DNA of 64,000 bases from Sphingomonadales bacterium. GTDB taxonomy: Bacteria; Pseudomonadota; Alphaproteobacteria; Sphingomonadales; Sphingomonadaceae. Within the stretch, counting starts at the first letter, position 1, and the number at the start of each line of letters is the position of its first letter. Below are positions 24,805-34,009 of the stretch, in pieces. A program made the position numbers and the translations under genes. The notes beneath the pieces were generated by a model that saw nothing but the letters and a program-made list of their open reading frames with translations, was not told where the DNA came from and did no database searches. Location: the NCBI GenBank assembly GCA_043765635.1, contig JAYUIX010000160.1:641-64640 (forward strand), given 5' to 3'.

Positions 24805-25200
24805 ATGTCCACCCCCTACACCCTCTCTATCACCGCTGCCCCATCGGACATTGACGAACTCGGCCATGTCAATAACGCCGTGTGGGTGCGGTGGATTCAG
24901 GATGTTTCGACCGCGCACTGGCTGTCGCTGGCGACGCCTGAGCAGAATGAGGCTTATATCTGGATCGTGACGCGGCATGAGATTGATTATCGTGGCAATA
25001 TCGCACTTGGCGAAAGCGTGACCGCGCGGACGTGGCTGAGCGAGATGCCGCGCGGCGCACGGTTTAATCGCAATGTTGATTTCACCAAATCTGACGGCAC
25101 TGTCATCGTTACTGCCAAAACCGCGTGGGCGCTGGTTGACCGGCCAAGCGGGCGGCTACTGCGCATTCGTGCTGATATCATTGAGCCTTTTATGGCTTGA
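24805..25200 (+). CDS. acyl-CoA thioesterase (hotdog fold, YbgC/4HBT-like)
   Basis: The motif DIDELGHVNNAVWVRW lies near the N-terminus. 131 aa. Confidence 0.8.
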   Translation: MSTPYTLSITAAPSDIDELGHVNNAVWVRWIQDVSTAHWLSLATPEQNEAYIWIVTRHEIDYRGNIALGESVTARTWLSEMPRGARFNRNVDFTKSDGTVIVTAKTAWALVDRPSGRLLRIRADIIEPFMA

Positions 25201-25207
25201 TAGATGG

Positions 25208-25523
25208 TGGTGCGGGCGGGGGGACTTGAACCCCCACGGGCAGAGCCCGACGGATTTTCTTACCAACTACGGTTTTCACCGCCGCCCTGCCAAGCAAGAC
25301 GTTTGGGGTCTGGACTATCCCTTCGCCGTGCCTCGGATATTCCCAAGGGTTAGGCGCTGCCCGTCTAGTCTCTACACCTTCCACGATGCTTTCGCGCCGC
25401 AGCTTGGCTCGGGATTGCCATTTTACAGGGTTCCCCGAATTTGAGCAGTTCTACGCCGCGCGTTTCCGCGTGGGCACTCAATTTGGTCTAAGTCCGTTGC
25501 GTCTACCATTCCGCCACGCCCGC
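25208..25523 (-). tRNA. trnL: tRNA-Leu(UAA) gene interrupted by a group I intron (exons 25523-25490 and 25258-25208)
   Basis: The joined exons give a perfect class II cloverleaf. Acceptor stem is GCGGGCG/CGCCCGC. Anticodon stem is ACGGA/UCCGU with loop CUUAAAA. The long variable arm is CGGGC-UCU-GCCCG. The T arm is GGGGG-UUCAAGU-CCCCC. CCA is encoded. Confidence 0.85.
25259..25489 (-). ncRNA. group I intron (IC3-like), 231 nt, no internal ORF
   Basis: It follows U34 and ends in G. The candidate IGS GAGUGCC (complement of 25473-25479) can pair with exon GGACUU. It contains a GAAA-capped hairpin (25459-25470). Core blocks are CAAAUUCGGGGAACC (25429-25443), GAGCCAAGC (25402-25410) and AAGGUGUAGAGACUAGACGG (25361-25380). 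Confidence 0.8.
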
Positions 25524-25589
25524 ATCGACCAAGCGGGGCTATAAGCGATTATCTGCGCCGCTGTGAAGCGCAATTACGCACACGCTGTC

Positions 25590-25868
25590 TTAGTTGTTCA
25601 AACGTGCGCGAATTTCTTTGCCGGGCTTGAAGTGTGGAACGCGCTTTGCTTTGATCTCAACGTCGATGCCCGTGCGCGGATTGCGACCGACACGAGCACC
25701 GCGTGACCGCGTTGAAAACGCACCAAACCCCCGCAGTTCGACGCGACCATCCTTGGCGAGATGTTCAGTGATAGTATCGAAAAATACGGAAACAATATTG
25801 TCGACTTCACGCAGCGACAGTCCCGGATTGGCTTTTACGAGTAACTGCACCAGCTCCGAACGGATCAT
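25590..25868 (-). CDS. ihfB: integration host factor subunit beta
   Basis: MIRSELVQLL...VELRGFGAFSTRSRGARVGRNPRTGIDVEIKAKRVPHFKPGKE is an HU/IHF fold. It lies downstream of rpsA, as is usual. Confidence 0.9.
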   Translation of the reverse strand: MIRSELVQLLVKANPGLSLREVDNIVSVFFDTITEHLAKDGRVELRGFGAFSTRSRGARVGRNPRTGIDVEIKAKRVPHFKPGKEIRARLNN

Positions 25869-26103
25869 ACTCACCCCCAAGGCGAGGTCAGCCACTATTC
25901 AATCAACTCCCACCATGGAAGTGATCACCGACACAATCCTATACATACCTGATAGTGATGATGTCTCGAAACAGCCTCGTCAATTGCCAATTTGTCGGAA
26001 ATCTGGGATTTTGCAAGCAAATATGAACAATGGCTGCAAATGCGGTTCAAGGCTAATTCGCCCGAATTGAAACTATCGGCCAAGATCAGACACTTGGATA
26101 GGG

Positions 26104-26140
26104 GGCTGCCCCGTCACAAATCCTTTGCAACGGGGCAGCC
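26104..26140 (-). terminator. stem-loop downstream of rpsA (possible terminator/processing site)
   Basis: A 10-bp GC-rich stem (GGCTGCCCCG/CGGGGCAGCC) encloses a 17-nt loop. No clear U-tract follows. Confidence 0.35.
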
Positions 26141-26153
26141 AATATGGCCTGAT

Positions 26154-27875
26154 TTACTTTTTGGTATCGCGTGCTTTGAGCGCTTCACCAAGGATATCGC
26201 CAAGTGATGCACCCGAATCGGATGAACCATATTGCGCCACGGCTTGCTTCTCTTCGGCAAGCTGCATCGCCTTGACTGAGAAGTTCGGCTTCTTCGAACG
26301 ATCAAAGCCAATCACCATCGCGTCAAACTTCTGGCCAACTTGAAAACGGTCGGGACGCTGCTCATCACGGTCACGGCCAAGGTCGGTGCGTTTGATAAAG
26401 CCCGTTGCGCCGTCATCGCCGGCTTGTACTTCAAGCCCGCCATCGCGCACTTCAAGCACAGTCACCGTCACAACCGCATTCTTGTTAAGCCCTGAAGCTG
26501 CCGAAGTGGTTGCACCGCCGCCAACGGCTGGCGCGCCCTTTTCAAGCTGCTTGATGCCAAGCGAGATGCGTTCTTTTTCAACGTCAATATCAAGGACAAT
26601 GGCGGTAACGCTTTCACCCTTGCGGTGAAGATTAAGCGCGTCTTCGCCCGAAATGCCCCACGCGATGTCGGACATGTGCACCATGCCGTCAACGTCGCCG
26701 TCAAGCCCGATGAACAGGCCGAATTCAGTCGCATTTTTGACTTCGCCTTCAATCTGGCTGCCAACTGGATGCTCGGCCGCAAAGGCTTCCCACGGATTGT
26801 TGACGGCTTGCTTGAGGCCAAGCGAAATGCGGCGCTTTTCAGTATCAACTTCAAGAACGATAACATCAACCTCTTGGCTCGTCGAAACGATCTTGCCGGG
26901 GTGGACGTTCTTCTTCGTCCAGCTCATTTCTGAAACATGGACGAGCCCTTCAATACCGGCTTCAAGCTCAACAAACGCACCATATTCAGTGATGTTGGTG
27001 ACGCGGCCCGAAAGCTTCGTACCCACTGGATAATTGGCGACTGCGGCTTCCCACGGATCGCTTTCAAGCTGTTTCATGCCAAGCGAGATACGCTGCGTAT
27101 CTTTATTGATGCGGATGATCTGCACCTTGACCGAATCGCCAATCGCGATGATTTCGCTTGGGTGCGCAACGCGCTTGTAGCTGATGTCGGTGACGTGGAG
27201 CAGGCCGTCAATCCCGCCAAGATCAACGAACGCGCCGTAATCAGTGATATTCTTGACGATGCCATCAATCACCTGACCTTCAGCAAGCGTTGAGATCAAG
27301 CCAGTGCGTGCCTCTGCGCGGGTTTCTTCAAGGATTGCGCGGCGCGAAACAACGATGTTGCCCCGGCGACGATCCATTTTGAGGATCTGGAATGGCTGAA
27401 CAATATCCATCAGCGGGGTGACATCGCGCACGGGGCGGATATCGACTTGGCTGCCGGGCAGGAACGCAACTGCGCCTGAAAGGTCAACGGTAAAGCCACC
27501 TTTGACGCGGCCAAAGATTACGCCGTCAACACGGGCAGACTCAGTGAATTCGGCTTCAAGCTTATCCCATGCGGCTTCGCGGCGAGCGCGGTCACGGCTG
27601 AGCATCGCTTCGCCATTTGAATTTTCAACGCGGTCAACAAACACTTCGACTTCGTCGCCAACCTTGAGGTCAGCCTTCTGACCCGGGGCTGCAAATTCGC
27701 GAAGTGGCACGCGGCCTTCGGATTTAAGGCCAACATCAATGACGGCCATGTCATTTTCGATTGCGGTGATGATGCCTTTAACCACCCGGCCTTCAAAGCC
27801 TTGATCTTCACCACCGAGTGATTCGTTAAGGAGTGCCGCGAAATCATCGCGCGTTGGGTTTGCCGAAGAGGCCAT
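26154..27875 (-). CDS. rpsA: 30S ribosomal protein S1
   Basis: 573 aa with six S1 repeats (for example GAFVDLGGIDGLLHVTDIS and GAFVELEAGIEGLVHVSEMS). Confidence 0.95.
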   Translation of the reverse strand: MASSANPTRDDFAALLNESLGGEDQGFEGRVVKGIITAIENDMAVIDVGLKSEGRVPLREFAAPGQKADLKVGDEVEVFVDRVENSNGEAMLSRDRARREAAWDKLEAEFTESARVDGVIFGRVKGGFTVDLSGAVAFLPGSQVDIRPVRDVTPLMDIVQPFQILKMDRRRGNIVVSRRAILEETRAEARTGLISTLAEGQVIDGIVKNITDYGAFVDLGGIDGLLHVTDISYKRVAHPSEIIAIGDSVKVQIIRINKDTQRISLGMKQLESDPWEAAVANYPVGTKLSGRVTNITEYGAFVELEAGIEGLVHVSEMSWTKKNVHPGKIVSTSQEVDVIVLEVDTEKRRISLGLKQAVNNPWEAFAAEHPVGSQIEGEVKNATEFGLFIGLDGDVDGMVHMSDIAWGISGEDALNLHRKGESVTAIVLDIDVEKERISLGIKQLEKGAPAVGGGATTSAASGLNKNAVVTVTVLEVRDGGLEVQAGDDGATGFIKRTDLGRDRDEQRPDRFQVGQKFDAMVIGFDRSKKPNFSVKAMQLAEEKQAVAQYGSSDSGASLGDILGEALKARDTKK

Positions 27876-28011
27876 GTGTTAGAGTTCCTATATCAATTTT
27901 TCCGGCCAAGCGGTTGGTTCCGCTGGTCTTGTTTGGCCGAACTGCCGTGCCCACACCATATGAACACAGCATCCACCGAGCAATATCGATAGGGGGACGG
28001 GGAGTAGCGCT

Positions 28012-28623
28012 TCAGCGCCTGATCCGGGCCTCCACAAGCGCAATCGCCCGCTGGATGGCGGCGGCTATAGTCAAATCACTGGTATCAAGCAAGTCAGCAT
28101 CGGGTGCTTGCCGCAATGGCGCATCGCTGCGCCCCGAATCGCGGACATCGCGGGCTTGAATGTCTGCAAGAATGGCTGCGTAATCGCGAGAGGTATCATC
28201 GCCGTGCCGCCTGCCCGCACGCACCTGTGCGCTTGCCGTGACAAACAGCTTCGCATCCGCCTCTGGCGCAATCACAGTGCCGATATCGCGACCATCAAGC
28301 ACCGCCCCCGCCGATTGACGCGCAAAATCCTGCTGTCGTTTGAGAAGGGCCGCACGCACCGCTGGGTGGATCGACACTCGCGAGGCAAGCCCACCCGCCG
28401 CCTCACTGCGCAATTCAGGATCGGCGAAGAGAGCGTCGTCGAAGCCAGACCTAGCCAGCGCATCGGCTTCGCTGTCTGGATCACCCCCCGCCCGCGCCGT
28501 CGCCACGCCAACCGCACGGTAAAGCAGCCCTGTATCAAGATGCGGCAGGCCGAAACGTGACGCAAGCGCCCGTGCAATCGTGCCCTTGCCCGAGGCTGCG
28601 GGGCCATCAACCGCAATGATCAA
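28012..28623 (-). CDS. cmk: cytidylate kinase
   Basis: IIAVDGPAASGKGT P-loop; sits in the cmk-rpsA synteny. TTG start. Confidence 0.9.
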   Translation of the reverse strand: MIIAVDGPAASGKGTIARALASRFGLPHLDTGLLYRAVGVATARAGGDPDSEADALARSGFDDALFADPELRSEAAGGLASRVSIHPAVRAALLKRQQDFARQSAGAVLDGRDIGTVIAPEADAKLFVTASAQVRAGRRHGDDTSRDYAAILADIQARDVRDSGRSDAPLRQAPDADLLDTSDLTIAAAIQRAIALVEARIRR

Positions 28624-28693
28624 AGCGGAATATCTAACGTTTTCATATGATTATTTAGAATGTTTGCAAACAAGCATCTAAACATTTGATATA

Positions 28694-29041
28694 TTATCGC
28701 AAAGAGTTTGATGCTATACTGCATGTTGGCACATATATAAGACCTGTTAACGCAGCACTACAAAACATCGTCCGCCCGGTATTTGTATCAATTATATAGA
28801 CAACACCCAATGAATCAGCGACCAATCTTGTTGCAGAAGAAACGTTAGGAAACGTAGAAACGGACTGGCAAGTAGTTGGACTATTAATGCCTTGCTGACG
28901 GCTACAAAATGAAATAACCCCCGACACATTGTTTAAAACAAACAAGGAGCTCCCCTTGCTGAGGCTAGGAGCTGGAACAAAAGCAGCAAAAGCAGCTATC
29001 GTTAGATTAAACCCAAAAAATATCGCAACAAAATATTTCAT
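28694..29041 (-). CDS. small secreted protein, hypothetical (AT-rich insert)
   Basis: Signal peptide MKYFVAIFFGFNLTIAAFAAF; four Cys in the mature part. GAGGA RBS upstream. No family recognised. Confidence 0.5.
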   Translation of the reverse strand: MKYFVAIFFGFNLTIAAFAAFVPAPSLSKGSSLFVLNNVSGVISFCSRQQGINSPTTCQSVSTFPNVSSATRLVADSLGVVYIIDTNTGRTMFCSAALTGLIYVPTCSIASNSLR

Positions 29042-29172
29042 TTTACTTATCCTCTTTGATTATAACATAAGTTTTTTTTAATAGGTGTCAAGCACTCAAA
29101 ATATTGATCGTCGCACGGGCGATTACGCTTTTGCCTGACGTTGTCGAGCCATAGACCGCGTAATCATTCTGG

Positions 29173-29415
29173 CTACTTTCTAAGCGCCTGGATCAACCCC
29201 ACCAAAGCGATTCCGCCCCACGCCACTTCCAAAACTACAGCGGCAAGGTTGAAATTCACTGAAAGTGAGATCAGCAGCAGCACTGCACCAATCAGGTTGA
29301 GCGCATTAAACAGGAGCTTGTTCAACACCTGCACCATATTCGCGTAAATGAACGCGCCGATGAAAAGCGCACTGCCGAAAATGCCAATGATGTCAGCGGC
29401 GAGCGAACTGATCAC
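29173..29415 (-). CDS. small three-TM membrane protein, hypothetical
   Basis: 80 aa and very hydrophobic (IIGIFGSALFIGAFIY..., LIGAVLLLISL, VVLEVAWGGIALVGLI). GTGA overlaps the aroA stop. Confidence 0.55.
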   Translation of the reverse strand: MISSLAADIIGIFGSALFIGAFIYANMVQVLNKLLFNALNLIGAVLLLISLSVNFNLAAVVLEVAWGGIALVGLIQALRK

Positions 29416-30728
29416 TGCGCCAGACCTTCGACCAATTCAACAAAGTTTGGAAAGCTTGTTGCGACCGGAGCTATATCATCAACCACGATTCCGTCTTTAG
29501 CCATTAGTCCTGCCACGGCGAAGCTCATCGCGATTCGGTGATCAAGTTCAGCGGCAATGGTTGTGCCGCCCACAAAGGCTTCGCCGTCGCGGCCTTCAAC
29601 GATCAGGCCGTCGGGCAATTCTTCAGCCGCAACACCAATTGCGCGTAGCCCCTTGGCCATCACCGCGATCCGATCTGATTCCTTGACGCGAAGTTCCTCA
29701 AGCCCGCGAAAGACGCTGCGCCCCTTCGCCAGTGCTGCCGCGATAAATAGGATTGGGAATTCATCGACCATGCTTGGGACGATTGCTGGATCAGTCTCAA
29801 TGCCCGTGAGTGCCGAGTAAGTGACGGTCAGATCAGCCACAGGTTCGCCGCCGACGATACGCTGCTGGCCGTAGCTGATGTCAGCCCCCATCGCCTCAAG
29901 CACCTTAAATATCCCCGCGCGCGTGGTGTTCAGCCCAACATTCGCAATCGTCACGCACGACCCCGACACGATCAGCGCGGCGACGGCGAAGAAGGCGGCA
30001 GAAGAAGGATCGCCTGGAACGACAATGTTCTGCGGTTTGAGCTCAGCCTCACCGCGAATCGCTATCGTCCGCACGCCTGCGCTATCAGTCTCAACGGTCA
30101 GCTCGGCACCAAATCCGGCGAGCATCCGCTCACTATGATCGCGCGTTGGCACTGGTTCAATCACGCGTGTGATTCCGGCGGTGTTAAGGCCCGCCAGCAG
30201 AATTGCACTCTTCACCTGAGCCGAGGCGACTGGAAGGCGGTACGTAATCGGCACCGCTGGACAGGCGCCGCGCAGCATCAGTGGCAGGCGGTCACCCGAT
30301 GTTGCAGTAATACCTGCCCCCATGAGTGAGAGCGGATCAATCACACGTGCCATTGGGCGTTTCGACAGTGAGGCATCGCCAATAAAAGTCGCGGTAATCG
30401 GGTGTGACGCGATCAATCCCATCAACAGCCGGGTTGAGGTGCCACTATTGCCCATATCAAGTGCTGTCTGCGGCTGCATCAGCCCGCCAACGCCAACGCC
30501 GTGGACATGCCAAATGCCTTGGTGCTCGCGGACGATATCCGCTCCCATCGCGCGCATTGCAGCGGCTGTTGCAAGCACGTCATGTCCTTCAAGCAGTCCC
30601 TCAACCCGACTTTCACCTACTGCAAGTGCCGAGAGCATCAGCGCACGGTGCGAGATGGATTTGTCGCCCGGAACGGTAATTGTTCCGATCAATGGTGGGC
30701 TTTTGCGAAATGTGGCAGGACTAGTCAT
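29412..30728 (-). CDS. aroA: 3-phosphoshikimate 1-carboxyvinyltransferase (EPSP synthase)
   Basis: 438 aa with the motifs VPGDKSISHRALML, GNSGTSTRLL and a DHRIAMSFAV C-terminus. Confidence 0.95.
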   Translation of the reverse strand: MTSPATFRKSPPLIGTITVPGDKSISHRALMLSALAVGESRVEGLLEGHDVLATAAAMRAMGADIVREHQGIWHVHGVGVGGLMQPQTALDMGNSGTSTRLLMGLIASHPITATFIGDASLSKRPMARVIDPLSLMGAGITATSGDRLPLMLRGACPAVPITYRLPVASAQVKSAILLAGLNTAGITRVIEPVPTRDHSERMLAGFGAELTVETDSAGVRTIAIRGEAELKPQNIVVPGDPSSAAFFAVAALIVSGSCVTIANVGLNTTRAGIFKVLEAMGADISYGQQRIVGGEPVADLTVTYSALTGIETDPAIVPSMVDEFPILFIAAALAKGRSVFRGLEELRVKESDRIAVMAKGLRAIGVAAEELPDGLIVEGRDGEAFVGGTTIAAELDHRIAMSFAVAGLMAKDGIVVDDIAPVATSFPNFVELVEGLAQ

Positions 30729-30829
30729 ATGATAAGCGCTTTTGACAGCGGCGCTATGCTATGGCAAGGCGCACCGCGATTGGCAGGCGATGCCTGCCAC
30801 AGGTCATTTATAAAAAGGTTTTGAGACTT

Positions 30830-31150
30830 ATGGTGAAGCCTGAATGGGGCACCAAGCGCAGTTGTCCGAAATGCGGGACGCGCTTTTACGATTTGACAAA
30901 GGACGAACCCGTTGTCTGCATTTCATGCGGCAATAATTGGGTTCCAGAGCCGATTCTCAAGTCCAAACAGCCAATGCCGTTTGAAGAAGTCAAGAAAGTC
31001 GATCCCAACGCAGCCGACTCTGATCTTGGTGATGATTTGGCCGAACTTGAAGTCGATGAAGATGCCGAAATCTCTCCTGATGATGAGGTCGATATCGGCG
31101 GCGATGATGATTTGGGTGTTGATACTGGTGAAACCCAAACCGACGTTTGA
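30830..31150 (+). CDS. TIGR02300-family zinc-ribbon protein (FYDLN, acidic tail)
   Basis: MVKPEWGTKRSCPKCGTRFYDLTKDEPVVCISCG is followed by a strongly acidic C-terminus. Confidence 0.8.
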   Translation: MVKPEWGTKRSCPKCGTRFYDLTKDEPVVCISCGNNWVPEPILKSKQPMPFEEVKKVDPNAADSDLGDDLAELEVDEDAEISPDDEVDIGGDDDLGVDTGETQTDV

Positions 31151-31194
31151 TATGTTGATTTCGGAGCGGCGCCTACCTAAAAGCGTCTCTCATT

Positions 31195-31270
31195 GGGGCC
31201 TTAGCTCAGTTGGTAGAGCGCTTCGCTGGCAGCGAAGAGGTCAGCGGTTCGAACCCGCTAGGCTCCACCA
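31195..31270 (+). tRNA. tRNA-Ala(GGC)
   Basis: 76-nt cloverleaf with a G3:U70 pair, anticodon loop CUGGCAG, T loop TTCGAAC, and encoded CCA. Confidence 0.95.
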
Positions 31271-31314
31271 GTTTTCGCCTTAAAAATCGCGCGGGGCGCG
31301 ATTTTGGCGAAAAC
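31271..31314. terminator. nested hairpin between tRNA-Ala and the convergent GGDEF-EAL gene
   Basis: The outer stem GTTTTCGCC/GGCGAAAAC encloses ATCGCG-CGGGG-CGCGAT, which is followed by TTTT. Confidence 0.55.
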
Positions 31315-31357
31315 TCCTGAGCGATTGTGAAGGGAGCGTCCGCTAGTCCTATACGCT

Positions 31358-33946
31358 TCAAGCAGCATTCCGTCGGGCTGCGATTCCTTCACGTGATGGC
31401 GATGCAGTTGGCTTTGAGAACAGATAGCCCTGCATTTGCGTACAACCAAGATCGTGCATTTTCGCCATTTCTTCAGGCGTCTCCACGCCCTCGGCAGTGG
31501 TTTTCATACCCAAGTCTTTGGCAAGTGAAACAATTGCCTTAATGATTGCGATGCTGTCTAGTGATCCCTTGGCAGCCGATTTGACAAATGATCGATCGAC
31601 CTTGATCGTTGAGAAGGCTGCACGGCGCAAATAACCAAGCGAAGAATAACCAGTGCCAAAATCATCAAGCGCTAGACTCACGCCAATTGCACGGAGCCTT
31701 GCAAGTGCCTCGTCGCCGTTACTGCCTTGGCGCAGGAACACGCTCTCCGTCACTTCAAGCTCAAGCCGATTCGCGTTTAGTCCGCTTGCGGCAAGCGCAT
31801 GGACAACACTTGCCAAAAGCCCGTCACCTTCAACTTGAAAACTTGAGAGGTTGACCGACAATTGGATATGTTCAGGCCAGTTTGCCGCTTCAGCACAAGC
31901 CGAACGGAGTACCCAATCGCCAATTTGATTAATAAGGCCGGCCTCTTCGGCAATTGGAACGAAAAGCGCGGGCGAAATAAAGCCGCGCGTTGGATGTTCC
32001 CAACGCAGCAGCGCTTCATGACCAACAATGGCCTGATCATGCGCGCCGACTATGGTTTGATAGACAACCGAAATCTGACCCTTTTCAAGTGCATCGCGCA
32101 GATCGTTTTCGATTAAGCGCCGCTCATCAACCTCGGATTGCATCGCTGGCTGATAGCGTATGCAGCAGCCACGCCCACTGCCTTTGCCATGATAAAGCGC
32201 AAGATCAGCGCTGCGTGTCAAGGTCTTGATATCCTGACCATCGTCAGGGCCTACTGCTATACCAACCGTTGCCCCCACTGCTACCGAAGTGTCATCGACA
32301 ATCCGTGCTGCGCTGAGCTGTGCGATGATCTGGTTGCCAAGATCAGCAAGTTCTGCGTCGCTTCCTGCGTTTGGCACGACAACCGCAAATTCATCACCGC
32401 CAAGCCGAACCGCGTGGCCATGATTGCCGACGGCGTTTTCAAGCGAGCGCGCAACCGCACAAAGCAAGCCGTCACCAGCGCTATGGCCAAATGTGTCATT
32501 AACCCATTTGAAACGGTCAAGATCAACCAACAGAATGGCGCAGCGCTGACCCGCCGCAATTGAATCGGCCAATTCTTTTTCAAACAGCGGATGAAAATAA
32601 GCCCGGTTGGCAAGGCCGGTGAGCAAATCATGATTGGCCGCATAACTGAGCCTGGCATTGGCCGCGCTGACTTCCTTGCGCCGACGCCGTCCGCTTAAAT
32701 ACGCAAATGTGATCGCAAAAATGACGGTTACTGATGCAACGCCGCCAAATACCGTAATTTGCACGACGCCGCGCAACCGATTCTGTGACTGTGCCAGTGC
32801 CAGTTCGCGTTGTACCTTTTGTGCCTCAAGCTTTGAGATCTGGAGCCGCTGGTTGGCGGTGTCAAATCGCGCGCTGACCAGCGCTGAATTGGTTGACGCG
32901 GCAAGCTCTCGCCCGCTGTCATCAAGCCGTTTAAACGCTTTTAGATGGGCATAAGCTTTTTCTGATTGGCCAAGCGCTGCATAAATTTGCGCGGCTGTCT
33001 CGTGAAAATCACGGTAGCCCATAGGTGACTTTTCAAGATCAACATTTTCAAAGGCACGCTCCGCCCAAGGCACTGCACGCTTGGCATCACCGCGCGCAAA
33101 GATGATTTGCGCTGATGTGCCCCATAAATAGGGGCGCTCCTCTGCGGCAGTGCCATTGGCCAGACGCAACGCTTGTGCAACTGATGCTTCGGCCTTGCCA
33201 AGTCGGCCGTCCATAAACTGCGCCGACGCAATATTCGATAAAATATGCACTTCAAGCAGCGGACTTTCCATCGTGCGCGCAATCTTCATCGCGGCATTAT
33301 ATTCGCGCTCAGCTTGGGCAAACTGGCCCATGTCCTTGAGCGCATTGCCACGGTTATTGTGAAGCGAGACGGTAACTGCGGGATCATCCTTATATACCGA
33401 CTGCGCCTGATCATAGTAGCGTAAGCTTCGCGCATAGTCGCGTGCGTCATAATATAGCGAACCAATATTCTGAAGCGCCATCGCTTGGCCGCGTGCCTCT
33501 CCGCGTTTTTGATAAATGGCAAAAGCCTGATGCAAGGTAATGAGCGCAATCTGCACTTTGCCCGTCTTTGAAGCAATTGAAGCAGTTGAACGCAGCAGAT
33601 CGCCGTGCAGTTTTGAATAGGGTTCCAACCGCATAACCGTTGCCAGTGCGCCTGCGACAATAGGTGTTGCTTCGGTGGGTTTGCCGAGTCGCGTCAGCGC
33701 TTCGCCCTGAAGCCATTCACTGGTTGCGCGCGCAATCGCGCCTTTCCCAACCGGGAGCGATTTGGCGAGCACGCCAGCCGCCCGCGCATTGGCCAGCGCG
33801 ACTTCAGGATCTGACATCATTGATGCCTTGGTGCTGGCGATACGCTCTGCGAATTGCTGATCAAGCGGCAAAATCCTCGCAGCAGCCGGCACGGAGCCGA
33901 TACTTGCGAGCAGCATTGCTAGCAGTGATAGCCGGCGCTTCATCAT
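31358..33946 (-). CDS. TPR-repeat sensor with GGDEF and EAL domains (c-di-GMP turnover)
   Basis: Signal peptide, TPR-like periplasmic region and TM segment. The GGDEF motif is RLGGDEFAVVV. The EAL motif is HEALLRW, with DDFGTGYSSL also present. Confidence 0.9.
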   Translation of the reverse strand: MMKRRLSLLAMLLASIGSVPAAARILPLDQQFAERIASTKASMMSDPEVALANARAAGVLAKSLPVGKGAIARATSEWLQGEALTRLGKPTEATPIVAGALATVMRLEPYSKLHGDLLRSTASIASKTGKVQIALITLHQAFAIYQKRGEARGQAMALQNIGSLYYDARDYARSLRYYDQAQSVYKDDPAVTVSLHNNRGNALKDMGQFAQAEREYNAAMKIARTMESPLLEVHILSNIASAQFMDGRLGKAEASVAQALRLANGTAAEERPYLWGTSAQIIFARGDAKRAVPWAERAFENVDLEKSPMGYRDFHETAAQIYAALGQSEKAYAHLKAFKRLDDSGRELAASTNSALVSARFDTANQRLQISKLEAQKVQRELALAQSQNRLRGVVQITVFGGVASVTVIFAITFAYLSGRRRRKEVSAANARLSYAANHDLLTGLANRAYFHPLFEKELADSIAAGQRCAILLVDLDRFKWVNDTFGHSAGDGLLCAVARSLENAVGNHGHAVRLGGDEFAVVVPNAGSDAELADLGNQIIAQLSAARIVDDTSVAVGATVGIAVGPDDGQDIKTLTRSADLALYHGKGSGRGCCIRYQPAMQSEVDERRLIENDLRDALEKGQISVVYQTIVGAHDQAIVGHEALLRWEHPTRGFISPALFVPIAEEAGLINQIGDWVLRSACAEAANWPEHIQLSVNLSSFQVEGDGLLASVVHALAASGLNANRLELEVTESVFLRQGSNGDEALARLRAIGVSLALDDFGTGYSSLGYLRRAAFSTIKVDRSFVKSAAKGSLDSIAIIKAIVSLAKDLGMKTTAEGVETPEEMAKMHDLGCTQMQGYLFSKPTASPSREGIAARRNAA

Positions 33947-34009
33947 GCTTCCACCTACACTTTGATGCGCGCACGCCTCAAAGATACATGATCGCCCTAA
34001 TTGGGATCA

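Noticed and set aside
25208-25545. tmRNA (ssrA). The 3' end GGGGGTTCAAGTCCCCCCGCCCGCACCA, followed by about 300 nt of structured RNA, first suggested a tmRNA, possibly the two-piece alphaproteobacterial form.
   Set aside because: The 5' end is a complete tRNA-Leu 5' half with a D arm and anticodon stem. I found no tag reading frame ending in a hydrophobic ...LAA-type peptide. The internal sequence carries group I intron core blocks. A permuted ssrA would also need its coding piece downstream of the CCA end, where the thioesterase gene lies.
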